NCBI GenBank assembly: GCA_963806225.1
Contig: CAWDXG010000004.1
Coordinates: 2,336,001 to 2,400,000 of the forward strand
Length of the DNA stretch: 64,000 bases
DNA from: an uncultured delta proteobacterium
Lineage (GTDB): Bacteria; Myxococcota_A; Polyangia; Polyangiales; Polyangiaceae
Direction: 5' to 3'
The notes under the pieces are model-generated. The model did not search any database. It had not been told where the DNA came from and saw nothing but the letters and a program-made list of their open reading frames with translations. A program made the translations under genes and the position numbers. Positions 40,541 to 49,769 of this stretch are shown in pieces. The first letter of the stretch is position 1; the number at the start of each line of letters is the position of its first letter.

Positions 40541-41251
40541 CTACCCCACCTCTGCCGCCCGCGGCATGGCGTCGCGGCGGCCGGCGATCTGGGCGAGCCA
40601 GTCGCCGAGGCCCTCGCCGGTGGTCGCGGAAACGGGGATCATCAGCGGCGACGGCATCACGCGGGCCAGGGCGTCCTCGATGGCGGCGATCGACACGCCG
40701 GGCAACGCCGGTAGCAGGTCGATCTTGCTGAGCACGACAACGTCCGCGTTCTTGAACATGACCGGATACTTCAGCGGTTTGTCCTCGCCCTCGGTCACCG
40801 AGAGCACCACCACGTCGAGGTGCTCGCCGAGATCGTAGATGGCCGGGCAGACGAGGTTGCCCACGTTCTCGATGAAGAAGTAGTCCGACTCCTGCCACGG
40901 CAGGCCGTGCAGGGCGTGATGGACCATCTGCGCGTCGAGGTGGCAGGCCGAGCCGGTCGTGATCGATGCCGAGACAATGCCTTCGCGTCGCAGCCGCTCG
41001 GCGTCGTTGTCGGTCGCCAGGTCGCCGCTCACCGCGCACAGCCGGAAGCGCCCGCCGAGCGCTTTCGCGGTCGCCTCGAGCAGCGCGGTCTTGCCCGAGC
41101 CCGGCGAGCCCATCAGGTTGATGGCCAGCACGCCCGCCTCGTCGAAGTGTTCGCGGTTGTGCCGCGCACGGGCGTCGTTCCCGGACAGGATGCGGTCGTG
41201 GACCTCGACCGGAACCAGCTCGCTGTCCCCGCAACCACACGTCTCACACAT
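40541..41251 (-). CDS. hypB: Hydrogenase nickel incorporation GTPase HypB
   Basis: MCETCGCG, GSPGSGKT, ACHLDA, ENVGNLVCP, EGEDKPLKYP. Confidence 0.97.
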   Translation of the reverse strand: MCETCGCGDSELVPVEVHDRILSGNDARARHNREHFDEAGVLAINLMGSPGSGKTALLEATAKALGGRFRLCAVSGDLATDNDAERLRREGIVSASITTGSACHLDAQMVHHALHGLPWQESDYFFIENVGNLVCPAIYDLGEHLDVVVLSVTEGEDKPLKYPVMFKNADVVVLSKIDLLPALPGVSIAAIEDALARVMPSPLMIPVSATTGEGLGDWLAQIAGRRDAMPRAAEVG

Positions 41252-41591
41252 GTCCGACCTCCATCTCGATGCGTTCCAGCACGATCTCGTCTCCCTCCGC
41301 GAGTGCCGCCGGCGTATTGCAGTCGGCACAACGGAGTACTGCTCCGGCTTCCACCGGGCGACCGCAGCGCGGGCACTCCCAGCGCGCGGGCACGCGGGTG
41401 AGGTTCAGCGCGGCCGCGTCGCAGATGGTGCGCGCGCGGAAGGTGTCGTACGCGGTCTCGAGCAGCTCCATCTCCACTCCGGACAGCTCGCCGATGCGGA
41501 CCCAGAGTGCCGTCACGGCGGTTGCGCCGCGCTGCTCGGCTTCGGTCTGCACGCGCTGGATGAGCGAGCCGACGATGGAGTACTCGTGCAT
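41244..41591 (-). CDS. hypA: Hydrogenase nickel metallochaperone HypA
   Basis: MHEYSI, IGELSGV, CPRC and CADC. Confidence 0.95.
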   Translation of the reverse strand: MHEYSIVGSLIQRVQTEAEQRGATAVTALWVRIGELSGVEMELLETAYDTFRARTICDAAALNLTRVPARWECPRCGRPVEAGAVLRCADCNTPAALAEGDEIVLERIEMEVGHV

Positions 41592-42433
41592 CAGCGCCCT
41601 CCGAAGCGCGGCAAGCGCTTCTCGAAGAAGGCGCTGATGCCTTCGGCGAAGTCGGCGCTGTCGGCGCTGCGCGCGAGCTCGTCGATCTCGCGGTCGAGGT
41701 GGTAGTCGAGGCGATCCACACCGGCCGACTCGTTCATCAGGCGCTTGGCCGCCGCGTAGGCCGCGGTGGGACCCGCGGCGAGGCCCCGGCACAGTTCCGC
41801 GGTGTCGTCGGCGTACGTGGCATCGGGGAACACGACGCTCACCAATCCAAGATCGTGGGCGCGACGCGCGTCGAGCCGCGGCCCCAGCAGCACGAAGTCC
41901 GACGCGCGTCGCAGGCCCACGAGCTTGGGAAGGAAGAACGTCGTGCTCTCGGCCCCCGAAAGCCCTGTCTTGAAATAGGCGTACTCGAAGCTCGAGCGCT
42001 CCGAGGCGACCACCAGGTCGCAGCACAGCGCCAGCCCCAGCCCGCCCGCCGCGGCAATGCCGTCGACGGACGCGATCACGGGCTTCGGCGCACGCCGGAT
42101 CTCGCTGATGGTGCTGTGCAGGTACTCGAGGATCTGCTTGAACACCTCGCCGTAGCCAGCGGGCACCTCGCGCGTCGCGGGCGAGAGATAGCCGAGGTCG
42201 TCGCGCTCGCCGCCACCGCGGATGTACTTCAGATCGGCGCCGCTGCAGAACACCCCGCCGCTGCCGCGGATCACCATCACGCGCACGGAGGTATCGCGTG
42301 AAAGCTGGAGCCCCGCCTTGCGCAGGTCGCGCGCCGTCTCAACGTCCAGCGAATTGAAGCGCTTCTGCCGCTCGATCGTGATGATGCCGACCGAATCGTC
42401 GTCGCCATCCCGCGTGACCCGGATGTGTTCCAT
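41591..42433 (-). CDS. Enoyl-CoA hydratase/isomerase (crotonase) family protein, HypX-C-terminal-like
   Basis: FCSGADL, PKPVIASVDGIAAAGG, EGISAFFEKR; unusual AYFKTGLSGAESTTFFLP. Confidence 0.92.
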   Translation of the reverse strand: MEHIRVTRDGDDDSVGIITIERQKRFNSLDVETARDLRKAGLQLSRDTSVRVMVIRGSGGVFCSGADLKYIRGGGERDDLGYLSPATREVPAGYGEVFKQILEYLHSTISEIRRAPKPVIASVDGIAAAGGLGLALCCDLVVASERSSFEYAYFKTGLSGAESTTFFLPKLVGLRRASDFVLLGPRLDARRAHDLGLVSVVFPDATYADDTAELCRGLAAGPTAAYAAAKRLMNESAGVDRLDYHLDREIDELARSADSADFAEGISAFFEKRLPRFGGR

Positions 42434-42440
42434 ACCTACC

Positions 42441-43466
42441 TCAACAGATGCGCGGCAGCGGCTCCCCCTCCAGCTCGGCGACCAGCCGCTTGCCGAAGCC
42501 GGTGTCGAGGATCACCGAACCCACGCGCTCCTCGATGCAGTAGCCGACGATCGCAGCGTCCCGGCCCAGCGGATGTTCGCGCAACGCCGCAAGGACTCGC
42601 TCGGCTGCTCCGGCGCGCACGCCGATCACCGCCTTGCCTTCGTTGGCGACGTGCAGCGGATCGATGCCGAGCAGATCCGCCGTGGCGCGCACGGGTTCGC
42701 TGAGCGGGATCGCCTGCTCGTCGATGACGATACCGACGCCGCTCTTCTTCGCCATCTCGTGAAGGCTGCTGGCTAGGCCGCCGCGCGTGGGGTCCTTCAT
42801 CGCGACCACCCGCTCGCGACCGGCTGCGAGCGCGAGATCCACGAGCGCACCGATCGGCGCCACGTCCGAGCGGAGCTCTCCTTCCAACCCCAGGTTGCGG
42901 CGCACACCCATCACGGCCAGGCCGTGATCGCCGATGCTGCCCGTGACCAGGATGCGGTCGCCCGGGCGGAGCCCCGAGTCCGGCACGAGGCGGTCGGCGA
43001 AGCCGACGCCCGCGGTGTTGATGATCAGCCCGTCGAGCTCGCCGCGGCCCATCACCTTGGTGTCGCCCGTGACGATGTTGACGCCCGCCTCGCGACAGGT
43101 GGCCGCCATCGAGGCCTGCACGCGCCCGAGCTCGGCGCGCGGGAAGCCTTCTTCCAGTACGACCGCGCAGGTGAGCCCGAGCACCTCCGTCGCGCCCATC
43201 ATGGCCAGGTCATTGACGGTTCCGGAGACGGCGAGCCGGCCGATATCGCCGCCCGGGAAGAACAGCGGAGAGATGACGTGCGAGTCGGTGGTGATCACGA
43301 GCCAGCGATCGCCGACGCGGATCGCCGCTCCGTCGTCCATGGCGGCAAGTCCGATACCCTCGCCGGCGTCCGAGGCGAGGCCGCGCACGAACACTTCCTC
43401 GATGAGCGTCCGCATCGCGCGACCGCCCGCGCCGTGCTTCATCCCGATGCGGTCCAGATCGTTCAT
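42441..43466 (-). CDS. hypE: Carbamoyl dehydratase HypE
   Basis: HGAGG, TTDSHV, GTVNDLA, TGDTKV, DPTRGG, ANEG, C-terminal PRIC. Confidence 0.97.
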   Translation of the reverse strand: MNDLDRIGMKHGAGGRAMRTLIEEVFVRGLASDAGEGIGLAAMDDGAAIRVGDRWLVITTDSHVISPLFFPGGDIGRLAVSGTVNDLAMMGATEVLGLTCAVVLEEGFPRAELGRVQASMAATCREAGVNIVTGDTKVMGRGELDGLIINTAGVGFADRLVPDSGLRPGDRILVTGSIGDHGLAVMGVRRNLGLEGELRSDVAPIGALVDLALAAGRERVVAMKDPTRGGLASSLHEMAKKSGVGIVIDEQAIPLSEPVRATADLLGIDPLHVANEGKAVIGVRAGAAERVLAALREHPLGRDAAIVGYCIEERVGSVILDTGFGKRLVAELEGEPLPRIC

Positions 43467-44602
43467 GCCACGTCTCCGAGGTCGGGACGGCCGCCATACT
43501 GCTGCCAGATGCGGCAGGTGCCCTCGGTGCTGACCATGCAGGCGCCGACCGGCGCGTCCGGTATGCACTCCTTGCCGAACAGCTGGCAGTCGTGCGGCGA
43601 GGCGATGCCCGCCATGATGTCGCCGCAGATGCACTGTTCGGCCATCCGCGGCGGCGCGTACTCCCACAGCCGCGCCAGATCGATCTGGAAGCGGCGGCGT
43701 GCGTCGAAGCGCGCCATCTCGTCCTTCAGGCGCAGGTTGCCGTTGGGGACGTGTGCGATGCCGCGCCAGCGGCCGCCGATGGGGCGGAACACCTGCCACA
43801 GCATCTGTTGCGCGTTCTCGTTGCCTTCCTTCGTGACGCAGCGCGGGTACATGTTCTCGACTGCCGCGCGTCCGTCGCGGATCTGCTCGAGCAGCGCCAC
43901 CAGCCCCGCCAGGATGTCGAGCGGCTCGAAGCCCGCCACCACCACCGGAATGTGGTGACGCTCGACGAACTTCTCGAAGATGCCCCAGCCGGTGATGGTC
44001 GCGGCGTGCCCCGCCGCGAGGAAGCCCTCGACGTGCGTTTGCGGCATCTCCGCCACGATCTCCATCACGGGCGGGATGTACTTGTGCGCCGAGAGCACCG
44101 AGAAGTTGTCGGGGGGGTTGCCGAGCAGGACCGCCGCGGTGGCCACCGCCGTGGTCTCGAAGCCGGTGGCGAAGAACACGAGATCCTCACCGCTGCTGCG
44201 CGCCAGGTCCGCGGCTTGCGCGACACTGTACACGACCTCGACGGGTGCGCCCGCCGCCTTGGAATCGGCGAGCGAGCGCGCTGTGCCGGGCACGCGCAGC
44301 ATGTCGCCGTAGGTCGCCACGCGCACGCCCTGCTCCGCCAGCGCGACGGCTTCATCCACCTCGGGTAGATCGGTGATGCACACGGGGCAGCCCGGACCCA
44401 TGAACACCTCGAGGCCCTTCGGGAAGCTGGCGCGGAGGCCGTAGCGGGCGATCGCCTGCTCGTGGCTGCCGCAGACGTGCATCACGCTGACCGGATCGTG
44501 GTCGATCTCCTGCGTGAGGCGCGCGAGCGCGTCGGACAACGCGCGGGCGCGCTCCGGATCGCGGTACTTGAGTTGCCGCACATCAACGTCGAAGGACGCC
44601 AT
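43463..44602 (-). CDS. hypD: Hydrogenase maturation scaffold HypD
   Basis: VCGSHE, GPGCPVC, GFETT, PVGACMVSTEGTC. Confidence 0.97.
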   Translation of the reverse strand: MASFDVDVRQLKYRDPERARALSDALARLTQEIDHDPVSVMHVCGSHEQAIARYGLRASFPKGLEVFMGPGCPVCITDLPEVDEAVALAEQGVRVATYGDMLRVPGTARSLADSKAAGAPVEVVYSVAQAADLARSSGEDLVFFATGFETTAVATAAVLLGNPPDNFSVLSAHKYIPPVMEIVAEMPQTHVEGFLAAGHAATITGWGIFEKFVERHHIPVVVAGFEPLDILAGLVALLEQIRDGRAAVENMYPRCVTKEGNENAQQMLWQVFRPIGGRWRGIAHVPNGNLRLKDEMARFDARRRFQIDLARLWEYAPPRMAEQCICGDIMAGIASPHDCQLFGKECIPDAPVGACMVSTEGTCRIWQQYGGRPDLGDVA

Positions 44603-44898
44603 CAGCTCCCCTTTCCGCGCTTTTCCGGCGCGGCGTTCATCTCGCCGCGCACGTCGCCGGCCATCAGGTCCTCGCTGTCCGCCAGGGCGAGCAGCTCCTC
44701 GTACAGCGACAGCGTGCCCTCGATCTGCTCCTCGGGAATCCGCCGGATGGCGTAGCCGACGTGGTTCAGGACGTAGTCACCGGGCTGGACCGGCTCGTCG
44801 ACCACGTCCAGGCGCACCTCGCGCCTGACGCCGAAGAAATCCACGGTCGCCAGCATGCCGCGTATCTCGATCACCTTGCCCGGAACACCTAGACACAT
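44602..44898 (-). CDS. hypC: Hydrogenase chaperone HypC
   Basis: MCLGVPG, PGDYVLNHVGYAI. Confidence 0.96.
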   Translation of the reverse strand: MCLGVPGKVIEIRGMLATVDFFGVRREVRLDVVDEPVQPGDYVLNHVGYAIRRIPEEQIEGTLSLYEELLALADSEDLMAGDVRGEMNAAPEKRGKGS

Positions 44899-44912
44899 CG
44901 TCGATCTCTCCC

Positions 44913-45299
44913 TCAGGGACCCTGCCGGCTCACCGACAGAACGTACGCCGTCAGATCCCGCCTCTGGTCCGCGTCCAGGGCCGCCCACGACGGCATGGAC
45001 GTGCCCGGCTTGCCGTACGTGATGATGTCGAAGACCTGACCGGGAGTGACCGACTTCCGCCAGGAGCTGGACGTGAAGTCGACAGGCTTTCCGGCGAGGT
45101 CCTCGCGGCGCTGACCGTGCCCGTCGGCGTTCGTGCCGTGGCAGAGAGCGCAGTGCTCCAGGTACAGGGCACGGCCTTTCTGGCGCGCAACGGGCGAATC
45201 CAGGCGCTGCGCGAGCGCCGGGTCCGGCTCGCTGTGGCTACACGCCGGCAAGACGAGCAACATGGAAAGCGCTCCGTTCACGATCCAGCTCCGGCGCAT
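44913..45299 (-). CDS. Monoheme cytochrome c, probable lipoprotein
   Basis: LPACS, CALCHG, GTSMPSW; start uncertain because it overlaps the protease gene end. Confidence 0.88.
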   Translation of the reverse strand: MRRSWIVNGALSMLLVLPACSHSEPDPALAQRLDSPVARQKGRALYLEHCALCHGTNADGHGQRREDLAGKPVDFTSSSWRKSVTPGQVFDIITYGKPGTSMPSWAALDADQRRDLTAYVLSVSRQGP

Positions 45300-45792
45300 C
45301 GGACTCTCCGGGCACGAAGGCGTAGCCGAGCCGCGCGGCATCCTCGACTACCAGCACGGCGAGCTCCGGAATGCTCGCGGCCACGGCGGGGCTCAGCCCG
45401 ACCTCGAGCTCGATGCTCTCCGGCACGACGCCCAACAGGAGCAGCGTCGGCGGCAGGCGGTCGACCAGCCGCGCGCCGTCGAGCAGATCGGCCACGCCCA
45501 CCTGGTGCGGCGAGAGGCGATGCAGCGACGCATGCGCCACCTCCTCGCCCGTCAGCCGCACCAATGACCCTGCCGGCGCGTCGGCCGCCACCGCATCCAC
45601 CAGGATCACCCGCTCCGCCGAGCTCAACAGCGGAAGCAGCGACATGCCCAGCGTACCGCCGTCGTGCAGGCTGACGCCGTCTGGGACGGCGTAGTTCCGC
45701 GCAAGGTAGTCCACCGCTGTGACCCCCGCCCCGTCGTCGCCCAGCAGCACGTTGCCCAGGCCGAGCACGAGGAGCGGGATGCGGTCACTCAT
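45238..45792 (-). CDS. hyaD: Hydrogenase maturation endopeptidase (HyaD/HybD family)
   Basis: VLGLGNVLLGDDGAG, DGGT, VDAV, SPHQ. Confidence 0.95.
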   Translation of the reverse strand: MSDRIPLLVLGLGNVLLGDDGAGVTAVDYLARNYAVPDGVSLHDGGTLGMSLLPLLSSAERVILVDAVAADAPAGSLVRLTGEEVAHASLHRLSPHQVGVADLLDGARLVDRLPPTLLLLGVVPESIELEVGLSPAVAASIPELAVLVVEDAARLGYAFVPGESDAPELDRERSAFHVARLAGV

Positions 45793-46585
45793 GGGTGCCT
45801 CGGTCCTCGAACCGCTTCTGCGCCTCCCGGTCCTTGTCGATGAGCGAGCGGGGAATCCACTTGTTTCCGGAGAACATCGAATCGACGACACCCGTCTTGT
45901 CGACGATCGCCATGTACACGGCGCTGTACATGTGATGCACGAAGAAGCCGATCAGCAGCCACATGACCACGTGGTGGATCCAGCGCGCCATCTGCAGCCC
46001 GCCGAACACCGGCACCAGGAACGAGAACCAGCGCATCACCGAGCCCACGTCGGCGTTCACCGAGTACATCGCCAGGCCGGTGACGATCATCACCAGGTAC
46101 AGCAGGAACACGAACGCGTAGGCGAAGCCCGCCAGAGCGTTGTGCCCGACGGCGGGCGGTGGGTCCACCTTCAGGAACGTGTAGAACCGGAACGTGCCGA
46201 CCAGGTCGTTCCAGCGGGCCTTGGTGGTGGGGATGAGGTTCCACCAGCGCGCACGCCGCGTCCCCACGAACATCCACAGGATCCTCGACAACACGGCGAG
46301 CGAGAACACGATCGCCGCGTAGAAGTGGATCACCTTCATGGTGCCCATGACGAAGTGCTCGCCCGCCGGGCCGGGCACGGAGATGTACGGCTTGCCGATG
46401 TAGATGCCGGTGACCGCCAGCACGCCGAGCGACAGGGCAATCAGCCAATGCGTGGTCCTGACGACCCTGTCCCAGACGCGGACCCTGAGCCGCGGCTCCT
46501 CTTCCGCATACTCGCCGACTTCCTCGGGAGAGGCCATCTCGGGCAGGTCGGCGGGGGACCCGCCGGGCAGGTCGGCGGTCGTCAT
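45785..46585 (-). CDS. hyaC: Ni/Fe-hydrogenase b-type cytochrome subunit
   Basis: VWDRVVRTTHW, IHFYAA, GHNAL, RWIHH, HHMY. Confidence 0.93.
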   Translation of the reverse strand: MTTADLPGGSPADLPEMASPEEVGEYAEEEPRLRVRVWDRVVRTTHWLIALSLGVLAVTGIYIGKPYISVPGPAGEHFVMGTMKVIHFYAAIVFSLAVLSRILWMFVGTRRARWWNLIPTTKARWNDLVGTFRFYTFLKVDPPPAVGHNALAGFAYAFVFLLYLVMIVTGLAMYSVNADVGSVMRWFSFLVPVFGGLQMARWIHHVVMWLLIGFFVHHMYSAVYMAIVDKTGVVDSMFSGNKWIPRSLIDKDREAQKRFEDRGTHE

Positions 46586-48288
46586 CGCGCCCTCACCTTG
46601 ATGATCTCGGCGCCCTCGGGGTCGACCACGTGGACGCCGCAGGCCATGCACGGATCGAACGAGTGCACCGTGCGCAGGATTTCCAGCGGCTGCGTGGCGT
46701 CGGCGATGGGCGTGCCGAGCAGCGCGGCCTCGTACGGCCCAGCCTTGCCGGCCGCGTCGCGCGGTCCGGCATTCCAGGTGCTCGGCACGACGCACTGGTA
46801 GTTCTCGATCTTGCCGTTCTTGATGTGCACCCAGTGACCGAGCGCGCCGCGAGGCGCCTCGTGGAAGCCCGCTCCGGTGGCCTCGTCCGGCCATGACGAC
46901 GGCTCCCACTTCGAATTGTCCGCGATGCGCAGATCGCGGCGATCCATGTTGGAGGCGAGCTGTTCCACCCAGCTGCCCATGTGGTCGACCAGCACCTGGG
47001 TCTCGACGGCGCGCGCCGCGATGCGGCCGAGCGTCGAGAATAGCGCCTCGGGACCAACGCCGAGGTGCTTGAGCACGCCGTCGACCATCGGCTTGACCTG
47101 CTTGTGACCCCGCCCGTATGCGACCAGCATGCGCGACAGAGGCCCCACCTCCATCGGCAGGTTGTCGTAGCGTGGCGACTTCAGCCAGCTGTACTTGGCG
47201 CCCGTGTCCAGCCGCTCGTAAGGCGGCTTCGGCCCGGTGTAGTTCGGTTTGGTCTCGCCCTTGGAGGGGTGCAGGCCCTTGCCGTCGCCGCCGGCGTAGT
47301 CGTACCAGGAGTGCTTGACGTACTCGGTGATCTTCGACGAATCGAAGTTCTCGATCTTCCCGATCTGCTTGTTGCGGATGACGCCCGAAGGCAGAAATTG
47401 CTTCGGCTTGTCGCTGTCGTCCTCGGGGTACTCGCCGTACACCAGATAGTTACCTACGCCCGCGCCGTAGCCGGCCCAGTCCTTGTAGAAGGACGCGACC
47501 GCGAGCACGTCGGGGATGTACACGCGACGCACGAAGTCCTGGCCCTGCTTGATGATCTCGCCGAGCTTGGCAACCGTGCCCATATTGAGCGAGGCCTGCT
47601 GATCCGGGTCAACCGGTGTGGCCATACCGCCGACAAGGAAGCTCTGCAGATGCGGATTCTTCCCGCCGAGCACCGCGTGGATGCGGATGAACTCGCGCTG
47701 CCAGTCGAGCGCCTGGAGGTAGTGCGCGACGGCCAGCAGGTTCGCTTCCGGCGGCAGCTTGTAGGCGGTGTGGCCCCAGTAGGCGTTGGCGAACGGCCCG
47801 AGCTGTCCACGTTCGACGAAGCTCTTGATCTTCTCGCGCACGCCGACGAAGTACTTCGTGCTCGACAGCGGCCAGCTCGAGATCGACTGCGCGAGCTGCG
47901 CGGTCTTGAACGCGTCCGCCTTCAGCGCCGAGGTGATGTCGACCCAATCGAGCGCGTGCAGGTGGTAGAAGTGGATCACGTGATCCTGCACCATCTGCGA
48001 CGCCATGATCAGGTTGCGCAGCAGGCGCGCGTTGGGCGGCGGCTTGGCGCCGACGGCGTTCTCGACCGCGCGCACCGACGCGATGGCGTGCACCGTCGTG
48101 CAGACGCCGCAGATGCGCTGGGTAAAGACCCAGGCGTCGCGCGGGTCGCGGCCCTTGAGGATGATCTCGATGCCGCGGAACATGGTCGAGGACGACCAGG
48201 CGTCCTTGACAGCGCCTTGATCCACTTCCGCTTCGATGCGTAGGTGGCCTTCGATGCGGGTGACCGGATCGACGACGATGTGTGTCAC
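46582..48288 (-). CDS. hyaB: Group 1 [NiFe]-hydrogenase large subunit
   Basis: DPVTRIEGH, L1 QRICGVCTTVH, L2 SFDPCMACGVH plus 15-aa cleavable tail. Confidence 0.98.
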   Translation of the reverse strand: MTHIVVDPVTRIEGHLRIEAEVDQGAVKDAWSSSTMFRGIEIILKGRDPRDAWVFTQRICGVCTTVHAIASVRAVENAVGAKPPPNARLLRNLIMASQMVQDHVIHFYHLHALDWVDITSALKADAFKTAQLAQSISSWPLSSTKYFVGVREKIKSFVERGQLGPFANAYWGHTAYKLPPEANLLAVAHYLQALDWQREFIRIHAVLGGKNPHLQSFLVGGMATPVDPDQQASLNMGTVAKLGEIIKQGQDFVRRVYIPDVLAVASFYKDWAGYGAGVGNYLVYGEYPEDDSDKPKQFLPSGVIRNKQIGKIENFDSSKITEYVKHSWYDYAGGDGKGLHPSKGETKPNYTGPKPPYERLDTGAKYSWLKSPRYDNLPMEVGPLSRMLVAYGRGHKQVKPMVDGVLKHLGVGPEALFSTLGRIAARAVETQVLVDHMGSWVEQLASNMDRRDLRIADNSKWEPSSWPDEATGAGFHEAPRGALGHWVHIKNGKIENYQCVVPSTWNAGPRDAAGKAGPYEAALLGTPIADATQPLEILRTVHSFDPCMACGVHVVDPEGAEIIKVRAR

Positions 48289-49484
48289 TCCGCGCCTCCT
48301 TTCTGCGGCTCGACTCGTTCAGACGGCACGGCCGGACCGGGCGGTTTCTCCTCACCGCCCTTGCCGGCGCCCTTGTCCTTGGGCGGCGAGCCCTTGGCCT
48401 TCTTGTCGGCGTGCTTCTTCGCGGCGAGCCGCGAGGCAGCGATAATCCCGTGGGCGCCGAACGCGACGCCAACCCCCGCCGCCGCGATCAAGCCCACCTT
48501 GTCGATCGGCTCCGCGATGCCGAAGCCCGGAATACCGGACAGGTGGGCGTAGAACGGCGTCATGCGATCCCAGAAGTCGGGCTCCGCACAGCCAATGCAC
48601 GGATGTCCGCAACCGATCGGCCAGTTTGTCGCCTCGTTCCAGCGCACCACGGGACAGTTCTGGAAGGTGACGGGGCCCTTGCACCCCATCTTGTACAGGC
48701 AGTAACCGGCGCGGTGACCCTCGTCCCCCCAGTGCTCGACGTACTGGCCCGCATCGAAGTGCGCGCGTCGCTCGCAGTTGTCGTGGATCGCCTTTCCGTA
48801 GGCAAATAGCGGACGCCGATGCTCGTCGAGCGGCGGCCAGTGCTTGAAGCTCAGATAGTAGACCAGCAGCGCAGTCAGGTTTTCCACGTTGGCCGGACAC
48901 GCCGACAGGTTGATGAGGTTCTTCACGTTGGGAACGGCGTCGGCCACGCCCAGCGCGCCGGTCGGGTTCGGAGCGGCCGCCGGAATGCCGCCGAACGCCG
49001 CGCAGGTGCCGATGGCGATGACAGCCGCCGCATGCTCGCACACGTCGCGCGCCATCTGGACGGCGCTCTTGCCGCCGATCGTGCAGTAGACGCCGCCCGC
49101 ACCCGTCGGGATCGAGCCTTCGATGACGGCGATGTACTGGCCGTCCTTCCGCTTGACCGTGCCATCGAGCGCCGCCTCCGCCTGGTGACCGGCCGCGGCC
49201 ATGATGGTCTCGTGATAATCGACACTGATGGTGTCGAGGATCACCTCGGCCACGCTGGGTTTGCTTGCCCTCAGGAAAGACTCGGTATTTCCGGCACAGT
49301 CCTGGAATTCCAGCCAGACCAGCGACGGCTTGTGAGACTTTTCCACCGCCTGGGCCATCTCTTCCGCCGCCGCTTCCGGCAGCGAGAAGAACGCGGCCAT
49401 TGCCGTACAGAACTCGACGAAGTCGCGACGCGTCAAACGTCGGCTCGCAAGCGCTGCATCCAGCCAACTCTGCTGTCGCGCCAT
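48285..49484 (-). CDS. hyaA: Group 1 [NiFe]-hydrogenase small subunit (Tat signal, C-terminal anchor)
   Basis: TRRDF, DCAGNTES, GTCA, ACP, HDNCERR, CLYKMGCKGP, CIGC, C-terminal TM with His. Confidence 0.97.
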   Translation of the reverse strand: MARQQSWLDAALASRRLTRRDFVEFCTAMAAFFSLPEAAAEEMAQAVEKSHKPSLVWLEFQDCAGNTESFLRASKPSVAEVILDTISVDYHETIMAAAGHQAEAALDGTVKRKDGQYIAVIEGSIPTGAGGVYCTIGGKSAVQMARDVCEHAAAVIAIGTCAAFGGIPAAAPNPTGALGVADAVPNVKNLINLSACPANVENLTALLVYYLSFKHWPPLDEHRRPLFAYGKAIHDNCERRAHFDAGQYVEHWGDEGHRAGYCLYKMGCKGPVTFQNCPVVRWNEATNWPIGCGHPCIGCAEPDFWDRMTPFYAHLSGIPGFGIAEPIDKVGLIAAAGVGVAFGAHGIIAASRLAAKKHADKKAKGSPPKDKGAGKGGEEKPPGPAVPSERVEPQKGGAE

Positions 49485-49653
49485 GTGCCCCTCCGGAAAT
49501 GCGAATACGTCCGGGGCCCGGGGTGCATTCGCCGTGCCCGGGGCGCAGGTGTCCGGCCCGGCCGCGAAAACTACAAGGCACATGAACGGGTTACGCTTCG
49601 CGGTGTAGCGCTTTGCCCCGTAGCGCGCGTACGCGCTGGACCTAGGCCCCGCA

Positions 49654-49681
49654 TGGCTTGCACGTTGCGCAGCACGTTGCG
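49654..49681 (+). promoter_or_regulatory. Putative sigma-54 promoter for the V-ATPase operon, overlapping a 10-bp direct repeat
   Basis: TGGC-N7-TTGC at 49654-49668; GCACGTTGCG at 49660 and 49672. Confidence 0.5.
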
Positions 49682-49769
49682 GCAAACTCTGCGCGGATCA
49701 CCGGCGGCGGCTGCCCTGAGACGACTCCAGCGACGGCATGGACGTTGCTGCCCACCCGGGAGGGGTGTG

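Noticed and set aside
41591..42433. Assigning the symbol hypX
   Set aside because: No formyltransferase domain; similarity rests on one recalled motif and gene context, so it is reported as a hypothesis.
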